Assembly: GCA_034422875.1 (NCBI GenBank)
Contig: DAOUJI010000107.1
Location: 6,260 to 70,259 of the forward strand
Direction: 5' to 3'
DNA: 64,000 nucleotides
Source of the DNA: Dehalococcoidia bacterium
Lineage (GTDB): Bacteria; Chloroflexota; Dehalococcoidia; Lucifugimonadales; JAGWBF01
The notes under the pieces were generated by a model that worked only from the letters and a program-made list of their open reading frames with translations, did not search any database and was not told the DNA's origin. This document shows, piece after piece, positions 26,482 to 36,038 of this stretch; positions within the stretch are counted from its first letter, which is position 1; every line of letters starts with the position of its first letter. The translations under genes were made by a program, and so were the position numbers.

Positions 26482-27087
26482 TCAACGGTCTCCGTTCTTG
26501 AGCAGGCTTTCGACGTACTTTGCCAGTATGTCTACCTCCAGGTTGACCTGATCGCCTACTCGCTTCTCCTTCAATGCCGTATTGTCTAAGGTGAAGGGGA
26601 TAAGAGATACACTAAAGTAAGTGGCCCCCCTTTTTACCACGGTAAGACTTATACCGTCAACCGCGATAAATCCCTTCTCAACCAGGTAGGGGCTGAGCCG
26701 CTTGGGGACTCGGAACCGCATGAGTATGCAGTCGCCTTCATGCTTGATGGAGCTTACCCGTCCCCGGTCGTCTACGTGGCCCTGCACCACGTGACCTCCC
26801 AGCCTGTCCGAAAAGGACAATGCTCGTTCCAGGTTTAGCCCCATGCCCTCGTCCAGAGAGCCCAGGTTGGTGCGCCGCATGGTTTCGGGCGCCAGGTCCA
26901 CGCTGAAGCCGTCGGGCGTAATGTCCACCGCCGTTAGGCAGGCCCCGTTGACGGACACGCTGTCCCCCAAACCGAGTCCCTCCAGGACCTTGGAAGCCCC
27001 AACCGTCAGCCGGACGCTCCCATCCTGAACTTGGGCGTCGGTCAACGATATGACTTTGCCAACTTCTTCGACTATGCCTGTAAACAC
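26482..27087 (-). CDS. ribE: riboflavin synthase alpha chain
   Basis: MFTGIVEEVG N-terminus, internal duplication, GDSVSVNGACLT. Confidence 0.9.
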   Translation of the reverse strand: MFTGIVEEVGKVISLTDAQVQDGSVRLTVGASKVLEGLGLGDSVSVNGACLTAVDITPDGFSVDLAPETMRRTNLGSLDEGMGLNLERALSFSDRLGGHVVQGHVDDRGRVSSIKHEGDCILMRFRVPKRLSPYLVEKGFIAVDGISLTVVKRGATYFSVSLIPFTLDNTALKEKRVGDQVNLEVDILAKYVESLLKNGDR

Positions 27088-27106
27088 TGGCTTTCCTGTC
27101 CTTGCC

Positions 27107-27137
27107 TCCTCCCCCTCTGGGGAGGGTTGGGGTGGGG
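27107..27137 (+). repeat. dispersed hairpin-plus-G-rich-tail element between ribD and ribE
   Basis: CCTCCCC CTCT GGGGAGG followed by GTTGGGGTGGGGGG. Confidence 0.5.
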
Positions 27138-27156
27138 GGTTGTCCCTCCTCCGTAC

Positions 27157-28272
27157 TTAGCCTTTTCCGTCGGGCTTGTCCACGTATCCTACCACCAGAA
27201 CGTCGTGCTCGATGGTTTCCACTGTGACATCCCTGAGCCTCAGCGCTTCATACATGGTTTCCGCCCCGAGGCCTCCGACAGGGGTCTGCGTTCCTTCGCC
27301 TCCCACGATGACAGGAGCAATGAAGGCGTACACCTTGTCCAATAGTCCCTCGTCTAAGAGAGACCCCATCAGCGTCCCGCCGCCCTCCACCATGAGGCTG
27401 ACCACTCCCATGGAACCCAGGTAGGCCATAAGAGACGGGAGGTCTACTCTTCCGGTTTCGGCATTAGGCAGACAGACTGTTTCCGCCCCAGCGGACTCCA
27501 GGGAACGATGTTTTCCGGGGTCGAGTCCAGCAGCGGCAATCAGGGTCCGGCCGGGCTCCTTCAGGAGCGTCGAGGCAACAGGGGTGCGGCCCGAGCTGTC
27601 CACTACGACCCTGAGAGGTTGCCGTTCCAGTGGGTGTCCTTTATCGTCTCTGGCCGTCAGCTTCGGGTCATCCTTGACGACGGTGTTCACTCCCACCATC
27701 ACGGCGTCGGAGATGCGGCGGATCTCTTGCACCCGCTCACGGGACTTGGGACCGGTGACCCACTTGGAATGGCCGGTCCGGCTGGCAATCTTGCCGTCCA
27801 GGCTCATGGCGAACTTTGCGGTGACGTAGGGAAGGCCGGTGTTGATATGCTTCTTGAAAGCCTCGTAGAGCCGTTCGGCCGTTTGGGCTTCCTCGCCAGT
27901 CTCCACCCCAACTCCGGCCGATTTAAGCAGCGAAATGCCCTGCCCGTTCACCCTGGGATTGGGGTCATTGGAAGCCACGTGGACCTCGGAAATTCCCGCG
28001 TTAATCACGGCGTCGGTGCAGGGCGGAGTCCGTCCATGAATCGAGCAGGGCTCCATAGTGACGTACAGCGCGGCTCCGGCGGCGTCTGCTCCCGCCTTCT
28101 GCAATGCAACCACCTCTGCATGGGCCTGACCGGGGGGTTGAGTATGGCCCTCGCCGATGATGCGCCCATCCTTGACCACTACGGCGCCTACGGCGGGATT
28201 GGGGCTGGTCTTGCCCAAGGCCTCATGCGCCAACTCTAAAGCACGCTTCATGTAATGGTTGGAGGAGGTCAT
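27157..28272 (-). CDS. ribD: bifunctional diaminohydroxyphosphoribosylaminopyrimidine deaminase / 5-amino-6-(5-phosphoribosylamino)uracil reductase
   Basis: HAEVVAL...YVTMEPCSIHGRTPPC deaminase zinc motif plus a C-terminal reductase domain. Confidence 0.9.
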   Translation of the reverse strand: MTSSNHYMKRALELAHEALGKTSPNPAVGAVVVKDGRIIGEGHTQPPGQAHAEVVALQKAGADAAGAALYVTMEPCSIHGRTPPCTDAVINAGISEVHVASNDPNPRVNGQGISLLKSAGVGVETGEEAQTAERLYEAFKKHINTGLPYVTAKFAMSLDGKIASRTGHSKWVTGPKSRERVQEIRRISDAVMVGVNTVVKDDPKLTARDDKGHPLERQPLRVVVDSSGRTPVASTLLKEPGRTLIAAAGLDPGKHRSLESAGAETVCLPNAETGRVDLPSLMAYLGSMGVVSLMVEGGGTLMGSLLDEGLLDKVYAFIAPVIVGGEGTQTPVGGLGAETMYEALRLRDVTVETIEHDVLVVGYVDKPDGKG

Positions 28273-28490
28273 GTCAAGGACAGCGGCTTACGCCAGACGT
28301 GATTCGCGGGGAAGTGGAACGCCGTTAATGAGACGTGCGGGTTGGTGGATGGGGAGGGGTCCGGCGGGTCTTGATTTATCCCGTTTGTACAAGGGTTGGC
28401 TCCGTTCAGGCAGCCGCCCTGTTCGCTGGGGCCTAGTTCAATTGTCTCGCCCCATTTTATCCAATGTCAAGGGATAAAACCAAATGAACA

Positions 28491-28508
28491 TTATCCGATT
28501 GCGGATAA
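28491..28508 (-). terminator. possible intrinsic terminator of dcd
   Basis: Reverse strand reads TGA TTATCCG CAAT CGGATAA TGTTCATTTGGTTTT. This is a 7-bp AT-rich stem directly after the stop, followed by a T-rich tract. Confidence 0.35.
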
Positions 28509-29096
28509 TCAACCACGCCGAACATTCTGGTCTGCGCGGTAGTTGCGGAAGTACTGGCTGGGCACCGGTTCTCCCTGGTCCTGGTACTTGCTGTCCAACT
28601 GGCCGGAGCCGTAGGGATTCTCGGCGGGTGTGGACAACTCCATGAAAGAGATTTGGGAGACCCTCATGCCAGCGTACAGGGTTATGGGAGACCCGGAGAC
28701 GTTGCTCAACTCCAGGGTAAGGTTGCCCCTCCAACCGGGATCGACCCAGCCTGCGGTGGAGTGCACCAGCAGGCCCAGCCTGCCCAGGGAACTCTTGCCA
28801 TCCAGCCTGGCGGCTATGTCGTCGGGTAAGCAGATGCGCTCTTCAATTACTCCCAGGGCGAACTCGTGGGGATGGAGGTAAAAGGGGATGTCCTCGTGAA
28901 TCTCCACCTCCTCGGTCAGCTCCGGCAATTCCTGCTTCACGTCGATATAGGGGACCCTGGAGTTGCGGAAGACCCGCATCTTGGAACCGAGGCGGAGATC
29001 GACGCTCGCGGGTTGGAGAAGGCTCTCGTCCCATGGGTCGATAATGATTCTCCCGGCCTCAACGGCCTCGCGTATGCTCCGGTCACTCAGCAGCAC
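28509..29096 (-). CDS. dcd: dCTP deaminase
   Basis: MLLSDRSIREAVEAGRIIIDP....LQPASVDLRLG N-terminus. Confidence 0.9.
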   Translation of the reverse strand: MLLSDRSIREAVEAGRIIIDPWDESLLQPASVDLRLGSKMRVFRNSRVPYIDVKQELPELTEEVEIHEDIPFYLHPHEFALGVIEERICLPDDIAARLDGKSSLGRLGLLVHSTAGWVDPGWRGNLTLELSNVSGSPITLYAGMRVSQISFMELSTPAENPYGSGQLDSKYQDQGEPVPSQYFRNYRADQNVRRG

Positions 29097-29239
29097 TTCC
29101 CACCCTCACTCGCCTTACTCGACCGCGTTTACCGACGGCAGGGCGAGTTTTGCATAGCCATCCGGTCTAGTCAAGCTGGCCCGGCGTTGTGAGAACCCTC
29201 CACGCCGGGCCAATCCCCCGCAGTTAAATTGAGGACGAC

Positions 29240-30094
29240 CTATTCCAGATTGAACACGCCTTGGACGGTTATGGTCACGCCGAGTTCCCCGCCACTGATG
29301 GGCGTCGCCGCCGAATCCATCGCTTCGACCCTCGCCAATCTGGGATACGACACGTCGAACGTTCTCGGCGATGACCCGAAGGACTCGCTGATGTGGACGA
29401 GGTCGCCCAGGCTGACTCCCGCGTTTTCAGCCAGTTCCATGGCCTTGGCGGCCATGTCCTCGACCGCCAACTTGCGGGCCTCCGTTTCCAGCGACTTTGG
29501 GTCGTCCAGCCCGAAACGAATCCCGTTAAAGCGGGCGAGGTCGCCTCCCGCCTCCACCATGTCGTCGATCGCTGCGCCCACCTGCTCCAGGTCTCTGATC
29601 GTCACCGCGATCTGGTTGTTGACCCGGTAGCCGACCAACTCACTCCGGTCGTTTTCCCGGTCGTACTGGTATTCGGGGTAGATGTTGAAGCTGGTGGTCT
29701 GGATGTCCCGGTCTTCCACTCCCAAAGCGGCCAGAGCTTCCATCATGGCGTCCATGGCTTCGGCGGCGTTGCTCCGGGCCTCGGCGACGGTTTCTGCCAC
29801 TGCTTCGACTCCCCCATTCAGTGTGGCGATGTCAGGCGCTGACGTGACCTGCCCCATTCCCGTCACCCAGATGCCGGACTGAGCGTCGTCGGAGGTCTTT
29901 GTGGAACCTTCCAAGCCGCTGAGGGCTCGGTCCACCCGCTCTTCGATGCGTGTGATCTGGGCCGAGTTGTCCTGGGGAGCCGGGGGGTCCGTGTCTGCGG
30001 AGTTGCAGGCGGCAGCCACAAGAGACAACGCCAACATTCCCGCCAGCGCCGTAACGAGGATGTTCCGGTTTATGTAGGTCCAGAGTCTGTTCAT
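29240..30094 (-). CDS. SIMPL (DUF541) domain lipoprotein
   Basis: Lipobox LVAAAC. The body and the C-terminal ISGGELGVTITVQGVF are typical of DUF541. Confidence 0.75.
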   Translation of the reverse strand: MNRLWTYINRNILVTALAGMLALSLVAAACNSADTDPPAPQDNSAQITRIEERVDRALSGLEGSTKTSDDAQSGIWVTGMGQVTSAPDIATLNGGVEAVAETVAEARSNAAEAMDAMMEALAALGVEDRDIQTTSFNIYPEYQYDRENDRSELVGYRVNNQIAVTIRDLEQVGAAIDDMVEAGGDLARFNGIRFGLDDPKSLETEARKLAVEDMAAKAMELAENAGVSLGDLVHISESFGSSPRTFDVSYPRLARVEAMDSAATPISGGELGVTITVQGVFNLE

Positions 30095-30163
30095 CTTTCA
30101 CCTCCTATGTGGTTCAAAAGTTATGACGTACCCGACAGGCGATTTGTTCCCGGCGCCCTGCCT

Positions 30164-31294
30164 TTAGGAGACCCTCCTACGACGTGTGCGCAGTTTAAGA
30201 GCCAGGACGACGACCAACCCCAGGGCCAATGCAGCCAGAACCCCCTCGACTATCCACCACACCGAGACGCCCCGGTCCGTCCCCAGCGACTCCCGCATAC
30301 GAGTGGTCTGTTCGGTAGTTATGTCGGTCGATTCTCTGGCCCCCCGACGTTCCATGTCGTCGTCCGGCGCGACTTGGGGCGCGGGCGGCGAGGTGGAATG
30401 TGGCGTGACGGTAGGCGTTGGCCAAGGGGTAAGCGTCGGAGTAGCAGTCGGCCGGGGAGTGGCGGTCCGCTTGGGCGTCGGCGTATCTGTAGGTTGCGGA
30501 GTTGGCATCGGGGGAGCTGGAACGGCCGTGGGCCGATAGGTGGGAGCGTCGGCCGGCCTCTCTGCGACATCGCCCACGGGAGGAGCAGAGGTCGAGGCGC
30601 CCGACGTGGGTTCCACAGCACGACTCATCGCCGTGTCCGGCTCTGAGTCGTTCTCATCGGCTCTGCCCATCGAGAGAGCAGCGGGCTGGGGAGTCTGTGT
30701 AGGCGCTGGCGTCGGCTCTACCATAGCCATCTCAGGCGCCGGAGTCGGCTCCAACGTTGACGTAGGGGGGGCTGGCATAGCGGTGACGCCGGGAGGTTTT
30801 TCTTGAGGCGCAGGAGTAGCTCTGGGCGGTATCGGAGTGCCTGTGGGCAAGACGTCTGGATCGTCCAGAATTGTTGCGAAGGAGTCCCCGTTTTCCTCGG
30901 CGACCAGCGCAGTTTCTCCTCCGTCGTCCGGCCCGCGGGTCACGTCAATGGACAGGGTAACGGCGAAGGCAACCACCGCCACTGAAGCCGCAGCCCCATA
31001 GGCCCAGACCGGTACTCGAAAACCCGGGAATCCTTTGGCGGCAACTGGCTCCAGAGGCTCAGGCACGGAGTCGGGAGCCTCTGCAAACGTAAAGTCCCGT
31101 CGGGTCGGGATGACCGGCGTCTGGCGGAGCAGACCTACAGTGTCTCTCAGGGAGTCCAGTTCTTCAGAGCAGGACCCGCACGTCTGGAGATGGTCCTCGA
31201 TCTTCCGTACGTCGGCGTCGCTCAGGCCGCCGTCCAGATATTCGGACAAGCTCTCCATCGGTATATGTTTCGGTCTACGTTTGAATAACCACAT
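30164..31294 (-). CDS. anti-sigma factor (zf-HC2) with Pro/Thr-rich extracytoplasmic region and second C-terminal TM helix
   Basis: HLQTCGSCSEEL zinc-finger anti-sigma motif and TM helix VWAYGAAASVAVVAFAVTL. A long PT-rich tract follows, then VWWIVEGVLAALALGLVVVLALKLRTRRRRVS. The ATG lies 6 nt after the sigma factor stop. Confidence 0.7.
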   Translation of the reverse strand: MWLFKRRPKHIPMESLSEYLDGGLSDADVRKIEDHLQTCGSCSEELDSLRDTVGLLRQTPVIPTRRDFTFAEAPDSVPEPLEPVAAKGFPGFRVPVWAYGAAASVAVVAFAVTLSIDVTRGPDDGGETALVAEENGDSFATILDDPDVLPTGTPIPPRATPAPQEKPPGVTAMPAPPTSTLEPTPAPEMAMVEPTPAPTQTPQPAALSMGRADENDSEPDTAMSRAVEPTSGASTSAPPVGDVAERPADAPTYRPTAVPAPPMPTPQPTDTPTPKRTATPRPTATPTLTPWPTPTVTPHSTSPPAPQVAPDDDMERRGARESTDITTEQTTRMRESLGTDRGVSVWWIVEGVLAALALGLVVVLALKLRTRRRRVS

Positions 31295-31300
31295 GGCTCT

Positions 31301-31924
31301 CTAATTATCCTGACGGAACCTGTCCGGCAAAAGTTCCGGTTGCTGCCGCAGTCGGTCTCTGATTCCAGCCCGGGCTCTGGCCAGCCGCGATTTCACTGTC
31401 CCGACGTTCACATTGGTGATGCGGGCCGCGTCTTCGTAGCTGTAACCCTGGACGTCAATCAGAATTGCCGTGAGCCTTCGCTCTTCGGGCAAGCTTAAAA
31501 GCGCGGACTGTATCGCCCTGCTTAGCTCCTCCCTGACCGCATAGTCGTCCGGTGATTCTTCCCCAGATGGCAGGTCGAGAGGAGGTCGGTCCGTGTCCTC
31601 ATATGAAGACGGGGCGTCCACGGACATCACCGGACGGGCCCGCCTGGACCTGAGCATGTCCTTGCAGGCGTTGGAAACGATGCGCATCAGCCAAGACGTG
31701 AGGTTCTCGCCCCGGAACGTCCCGAAAGCCCTGTACCCTGACAAGAAAGCTTCCTGCACCGCGTCTTCGGCGCCCGCCCAGTCTCCCAGCATCCTATAGG
31801 CCAGGTTCTGAGCCCTGGTCTGGTGGTCTACGATAACGCAGTTGTAGCAATGCCATGCGCCGGACCTGTCGGTTACGGCTACGAGGGCATGCTCTTGAGG
31901 CCGCAAACACGCGTCCGATCTCAC
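31301..31924 (-). CDS. ECF-type RNA polymerase sigma-70 factor
   Basis: Region 2 (AEDAVQEAFLSGYRAFGTFRGENLTSWLMRIVSNAC) and region 4 (LPEERRLTAILIDVQGYSYEDAARITNVNVGTVKSRLARAR). The start is uncertain. I chose the GTG at 31924 because the longer ORF (to 31993) runs through a strong hairpin. Confidence 0.75.
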   Translation of the reverse strand: MRSDACLRPQEHALVAVTDRSGAWHCYNCVIVDHQTRAQNLAYRMLGDWAGAEDAVQEAFLSGYRAFGTFRGENLTSWLMRIVSNACKDMLRSRRARPVMSVDAPSSYEDTDRPPLDLPSGEESPDDYAVREELSRAIQSALLSLPEERRLTAILIDVQGYSYEDAARITNVNVGTVKSRLARARAGIRDRLRQQPELLPDRFRQDN

Positions 31925-31947
31925 GGGCAACCCTAACAAACGGCTTC

Positions 31948-31980
31948 CAGTCCCTCCCGAACAGCATCTGGGAGGGACTG
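31948..31980 (-). terminator. strong hairpin between the VWA gene and the sigma factor gene
   Basis: CAGTCCCTCCC - 11 nt loop - GGGAGGGACTG, a perfect 11-bp stem. It is followed on the reverse strand by GAAGCCGTTTGTT. Confidence 0.45.
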
Positions 31981-32078
31981 GAGACAGGCCCAATCTTATT
32001 TTAGGCGTTTGCCAGGGTCAAGGCGGCTTGGCAGGCCGGGGGTTGCCGTCCTCTCCTTCCTGTAATCGACTTCCAGGA

Positions 32079-33950
32079 CTATCCACGCTTCCACAAACCC
32101 GCCGCCTGTTCAATCAGCCGCACCAGCTCAGCCACGTCAGGGTCTTCCGGGAAAAGCCGCCGGACGTCAATCGCGGTTTGCGCCAGGTTCTCCAGACTCC
32201 CGTCCTGGGCCCAGTAGCTCTCCCGGAGAATCTCCGCAAGCTCTGCGGCCACAGCGGCCAACCGGAACGTCGGAGCGGACTGCTCAAAGCTGGCGGCAAG
32301 CTGGTTGGTGTTGAAGGCACGGCTCAGTTCGATGACGTTCCGGCTGTCGGGGTCCTCGTACCTGATGAAGACCTCGGCCATCTGTCCCTGGGTCTCCGGG
32401 TGTAGCTTTATCTCATACAGGGCCGTGACACTGTGGCCGGCGCCCACTTCTCCGGCGTCCACCTGGTCGTTGCGGAAGTCGGCGTCGTCCACGCGCCGGT
32501 TTTCATATCCCAGGAGACGGTAACGGCTCACCACGCCGGGGTTGAAGTCCACCTGCACCTTGGAGTCCAGCGCAATGACCTGAAGGGTTCCCGTCAGGTT
32601 CTCAACGAAAATTCTCTCTGCTTCTTTCAGGGTGTCAACGTAGGCGTAGGCTCCGTTTCCGTCGTTTGCCAGCTGCTCCATGAGGATGTCGTTGTAGTTG
32701 CCCATGCCGAACCCAACGGTTGACAGGGTGACGCCTTCCTCCACCTGGTTCTTGATGAGCTTCAGGATGGAGTCTGGGCCGGTGTCGCCCACGTTGGCAA
32801 CGCCGTCGGACAGCAGCATCACACGGGTGATCCTGTCGGGGTGGAGTTCGGCCTCGGCCATCCGGTATCCCAACTGCAGCCCCTCGGCGGCATTGGTTGA
32901 ACCTTCTGACTGTAATGCGTCGATGGCGCCCATAATCCTCTCGGTGTTCGAGCCTGCGGTGGGTTCCAGCAAGACATGACCTCGGGAACCGTATACCACA
33001 ATGCCAACCTTGTCCTCGGGACGGAGCTCTCCCACCAGCAGTTCCAGGGAGCGTTTCACCAGACCTAGGCGGTCTTCCCGCGCCATGGAACCGGACACGT
33101 CGATAACGAATATCAACGTGGCGTCTTTGCGCTCGTCAGCGGAAATCATCTTGCCCTTCAGTCCTACCCGCATCAGCAAATGGTTGGGACCCCCGAATGG
33201 AGAGGGAGAGCCTTCGATGTGTATGGCGAATGCGCCCTCTTCCGGCGGCCGGTAGCCGTGGTCAAAGTAGTTGACGAACTCCTCGACACGCACTGCCTCG
33301 GGCAAGGGCAGGTGGCCGTCCATGATGAAACGGCGTGCCACCGCGTAAGAGGCCGTATCGACATCCATGGCGAAGGTCGAAAAATGGTCGTCTTCGGTGT
33401 CAATAAAGGGGTTTACGCCATAGTGCTTGAAGAAGAGCAGGTCGTAGGGGGCATCGTTGACGGTGTCGGTTCCACCGGCTCCCAGAGGGTACTGCCCAGC
33501 TTCTGGGTCAGACAATTGAACTCGCAACAGGGCAGTTGAGGACTCAGAGATGCCGGTCGGCCTGGCCCCGCGATATTCCAAGGCCGCGGGCGCTGGAGTG
33601 GCGGTGGGGTGGGTGGTGGCGCCTCTAAGCGGCATGGGCGCTGCTGTAGGCCGGGGAGCGGCAGTGGGCGGCGCCTGCTGGACCTGGTCTGAGTCGCTGG
33701 TCTGGACAGGCTTGGGCGCAGGATCGGAATGGGACCCCGGAGTCGGTACCTCCTTGTTGTTCACTGTGTCCCCGCCCGACGGTTTTATGGTCGACGATTC
33801 GCCTGGAGGCTGCTGCGTAGCGGGTCCTTCGTCCTGTCCGCAGGCCACAGACAGCAGCCCCACCAGTCCCAGGAGCAGCGCCCAGAGAATCAGGCTTCTC
33901 AGCGGCGTATTCCACGCTTCCTTCTTGAATATACCGACTACAATTCTCAT
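32079..33950 (-). CDS. von Willebrand factor type A domain lipoprotein (YfbK-like)
   Basis: Lipobox LLSVAC, PT-rich linker, MIDAS FVIDVSGSM, and conserved N- and C-terminal flanking domains typical of YfbK-like proteins. Confidence 0.8.
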   Translation of the reverse strand: MRIVVGIFKKEAWNTPLRSLILWALLLGLVGLLSVACGQDEGPATQQPPGESSTIKPSGGDTVNNKEVPTPGSHSDPAPKPVQTSDSDQVQQAPPTAAPRPTAAPMPLRGATTHPTATPAPAALEYRGARPTGISESSTALLRVQLSDPEAGQYPLGAGGTDTVNDAPYDLLFFKHYGVNPFIDTEDDHFSTFAMDVDTASYAVARRFIMDGHLPLPEAVRVEEFVNYFDHGYRPPEEGAFAIHIEGSPSPFGGPNHLLMRVGLKGKMISADERKDATLIFVIDVSGSMAREDRLGLVKRSLELLVGELRPEDKVGIVVYGSRGHVLLEPTAGSNTERIMGAIDALQSEGSTNAAEGLQLGYRMAEAELHPDRITRVMLLSDGVANVGDTGPDSILKLIKNQVEEGVTLSTVGFGMGNYNDILMEQLANDGNGAYAYVDTLKEAERIFVENLTGTLQVIALDSKVQVDFNPGVVSRYRLLGYENRRVDDADFRNDQVDAGEVGAGHSVTALYEIKLHPETQGQMAEVFIRYEDPDSRNVIELSRAFNTNQLAASFEQSAPTFRLAAVAAELAEILRESYWAQDGSLENLAQTAIDVRRLFPEDPDVAELVRLIEQAAGLWKRG

Positions 33951-34199
33951 ATCTCCCTCCCAATTTCGCTTATTGCCAAACTAGACGGATGAAGAGGAGA
34001 TATTGTTCCCGGCAGGCCCTGGACAGTCACTAGGCGATAGGGGTTTACCTTGACACCTTTTAGCCTTCACCCTAAAATCCCATATTGAAAGTGGGCGTCC
34101 TCTCTGCCTGTATTCCTTACGGAAACAGGCTTGCCGGAGACAGTCAAAGAGGCGTCCGTTTCCCGATAACCCGGCAGAGGGCCGTTCCAAGGAACCACC

Positions 34200-35300
34200 T
34201 TGAAAGTAGTCGAAGGTATAGCATTCCAGGACTCGTCCCTGGTCCCGATTTGGGAGAAGACCTTAGCGGGCCAGCGCCTTTCCATGGACGACGGAGTCCG
34301 TTTGTTCGAAACCGCCGACCTTCCGGCGGTGGGGCGAATGGCTGATCACGTCAAGAGCCAAAAAGAGGGCGACAAGGTCTACTTCGTCCTGAACCGCCAC
34401 CTGAACCCCACCAACATTTGCGTCCTTAGCTGTAAGTTTTGCGACTTCGCCAAGAAGAAGGGCGACCCCGACGCTTACGAGATGTCCATGGAGGAAATCC
34501 TGGACCACGTGGATGAGGACACCCGAGAGGTCCACATGGTGGGAGGCCACCATCCCGACTGGCCTTTCGAGAAGTACGTGGAGATTGTCTCCTCCATCCA
34601 CCAGCAGCACCCTCACGTCCAGATAAAGGCCTTCACGGCAGCTGAAATCGAGTATTTCAGGAGACGCTGGAAGGTGGACCCTGAGGAGTCGCTGGCCCGG
34701 CTCAAAGAGGCAGGACTAAGCTCCATGCCCGGCGGCGGCGCCGAAGTGTTCTCGTCCCGGGTGGGAAAGGTTCTCTACCCCGGCAAGAACCACCCCGACC
34801 GGTGGGTAGAGATTCACCGGGTGGCCCACAACATGGGCATCCGCTCCAATGCCACACTTCTCTACGGACACATCGAGACCTATGAAGAGCGAGTAGACCA
34901 CTTCATGCGTCTCCGGGAGCTCCAGGACGACACAGGCGGCTTCCTGGCCTTCATTCCCCTGGAGTACCAAGTGGGAGACACCAACCTGGTGTCCCGGCAG
35001 GCCTCAGCGATAGAAGACCTGAAGACCATCGCAGCAGCCAGGCTGATGCTGGACAACTTCCCCCACATCAAGTCCTACTGGGTGATGATCACTGAACAGA
35101 CCGCCTCGGTGGGGCTCCACTTCGGCGCCAGCGACATGGACGGGACCATCGGCAAGGAGCGCATAGCCCATGCTGCCAAGGCCGAGAGTCCCGGCGGGCT
35201 AGCCAGAGACAGGGTGGTCCAACTCATACGGGAAGCCGGAAAGACTCCCGTCGAGCGGGACGCACTCTACAACGTGGTGCAGGTGTATGGACGTAATTAG
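34200..35300 (+). CDS. futalosine-pathway radical SAM enzyme (MqnC/MqnE family; which of the two is not resolved)
   Basis: NRHLNPTNICVLSCKFCDF cluster motif, GGHHPD, GGFLAFIPLEY. TTG start with AAGGAA upstream. Confidence 0.7.
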   Translation: MKVVEGIAFQDSSLVPIWEKTLAGQRLSMDDGVRLFETADLPAVGRMADHVKSQKEGDKVYFVLNRHLNPTNICVLSCKFCDFAKKKGDPDAYEMSMEEILDHVDEDTREVHMVGGHHPDWPFEKYVEIVSSIHQQHPHVQIKAFTAAEIEYFRRRWKVDPEESLARLKEAGLSSMPGGGAEVFSSRVGKVLYPGKNHPDRWVEIHRVAHNMGIRSNATLLYGHIETYEERVDHFMRLRELQDDTGGFLAFIPLEYQVGDTNLVSRQASAIEDLKTIAAARLMLDNFPHIKSYWVMITEQTASVGLHFGASDMDGTIGKERIAHAAKAESPGGLARDRVVQLIREAGKTPVERDALYNVVQVYGRN

Positions 35301-36036
35301 AGTCGGAAGAATCCCATACCTCAACTCGGAGCCCTTCTACTACCAGATGATCCGGAACGACATCGAGCTCCACAGCTTCGTTCCCAGCGAGTTGACCAAG
35401 GCCGCAGAACGGGGCGACATCGACGCAGGCCCCATGCCCTTGGTGGACTACTTTCGTCTTGAAGACCAGTTCAACAGGCTGGGCCAGTTCTGCATAGCCA
35501 CCCTGGACAAGTCCCGCAGCATACTGTTCTACTCTAAAACGCCCATAGAGGAACTGAACGGCGCCACCATCGGCGTCATCCCCGACACGTCTACGTCGAT
35601 CAAGCTGCTCCAGTCCCTCTTCAAGGAACGTTTCAACGTTAAGCCCGGCAAATATGTGGGGCTGAAGGACGAGAACGACGCCTTTCTGCTGATAGGAGAT
35701 GAGGCCCTAAAACGCCGCTACGGCGTCCCCGGCTACCCCTACCGATACGACCTGGGCGAAGAGTGGTTCAAGTGGCACAGGATGCCCTTCGTGTTCGCTG
35801 TGTGGGTCGTCTCCAACGAGATGCCGGAGAAGCGGGCCAACTATCTGGAGAACGTGCTCTACACCTGCGTGGACGAGGGACTGGAGCACATGTACGTTAT
35901 TGCCCAGACAAGGGAAGACGTGCGAATGAGCAACAAGGAAATAGTCGACTACTACCAGGGCATCCGCTACTGGGCTGGAGTGGGAGAGCTGAAGGCTATC
36001 CGGCTATTCCGGGAGCTCGTGGACAGCCTGGACTAG
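35287..36036 (+). CDS. mqnA: chorismate dehydratase (MqnA-like, PF02621 family)
   Basis: IRVGRIPYLNSEPFYY N-terminus. Sandwiched between the two Mqn radical SAM genes and overlapping the upstream one. Confidence 0.7.
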   Translation: MDVIRVGRIPYLNSEPFYYQMIRNDIELHSFVPSELTKAAERGDIDAGPMPLVDYFRLEDQFNRLGQFCIATLDKSRSILFYSKTPIEELNGATIGVIPDTSTSIKLLQSLFKERFNVKPGKYVGLKDENDAFLLIGDEALKRRYGVPGYPYRYDLGEEWFKWHRMPFVFAVWVVSNEMPEKRANYLENVLYTCVDEGLEHMYVIAQTREDVRMSNKEIVDYYQGIRYWAGVGELKAIRLFRELVDSLD

Positions 36037-36038
36037 CA

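Noticed and set aside
28273-28508. Annotation of an FMN (RFN) riboswitch upstream of ribD
   Set aside because: This is the expected position. However, none of the conserved RFN sequence blocks could be recognised on the reverse strand by eye, so I do not call it. It needs a covariance-model scan.
30107-31304. Plus-strand ORFs (179 aa, 117 aa, 88 aa and others) opposite the anti-sigma factor gene
   Set aside because: They are mirror frames of the Pro/Thr-rich coding repeat (they read as Gly/Val/Arg-rich strings) and carry no independent signals.
35763-36038. N-terminal extensions offered by the ORF track (35763..37130, 38717..39790, 56648..57829, 59297..60037, 2647..4008, 20141..20641, 42967..43587)
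   Set aside because: The extensions overlap neighbouring genes or intergenic repeats and have unprotein-like composition. Internal ATGs with good RBSs coincide with the conserved family N-termini.
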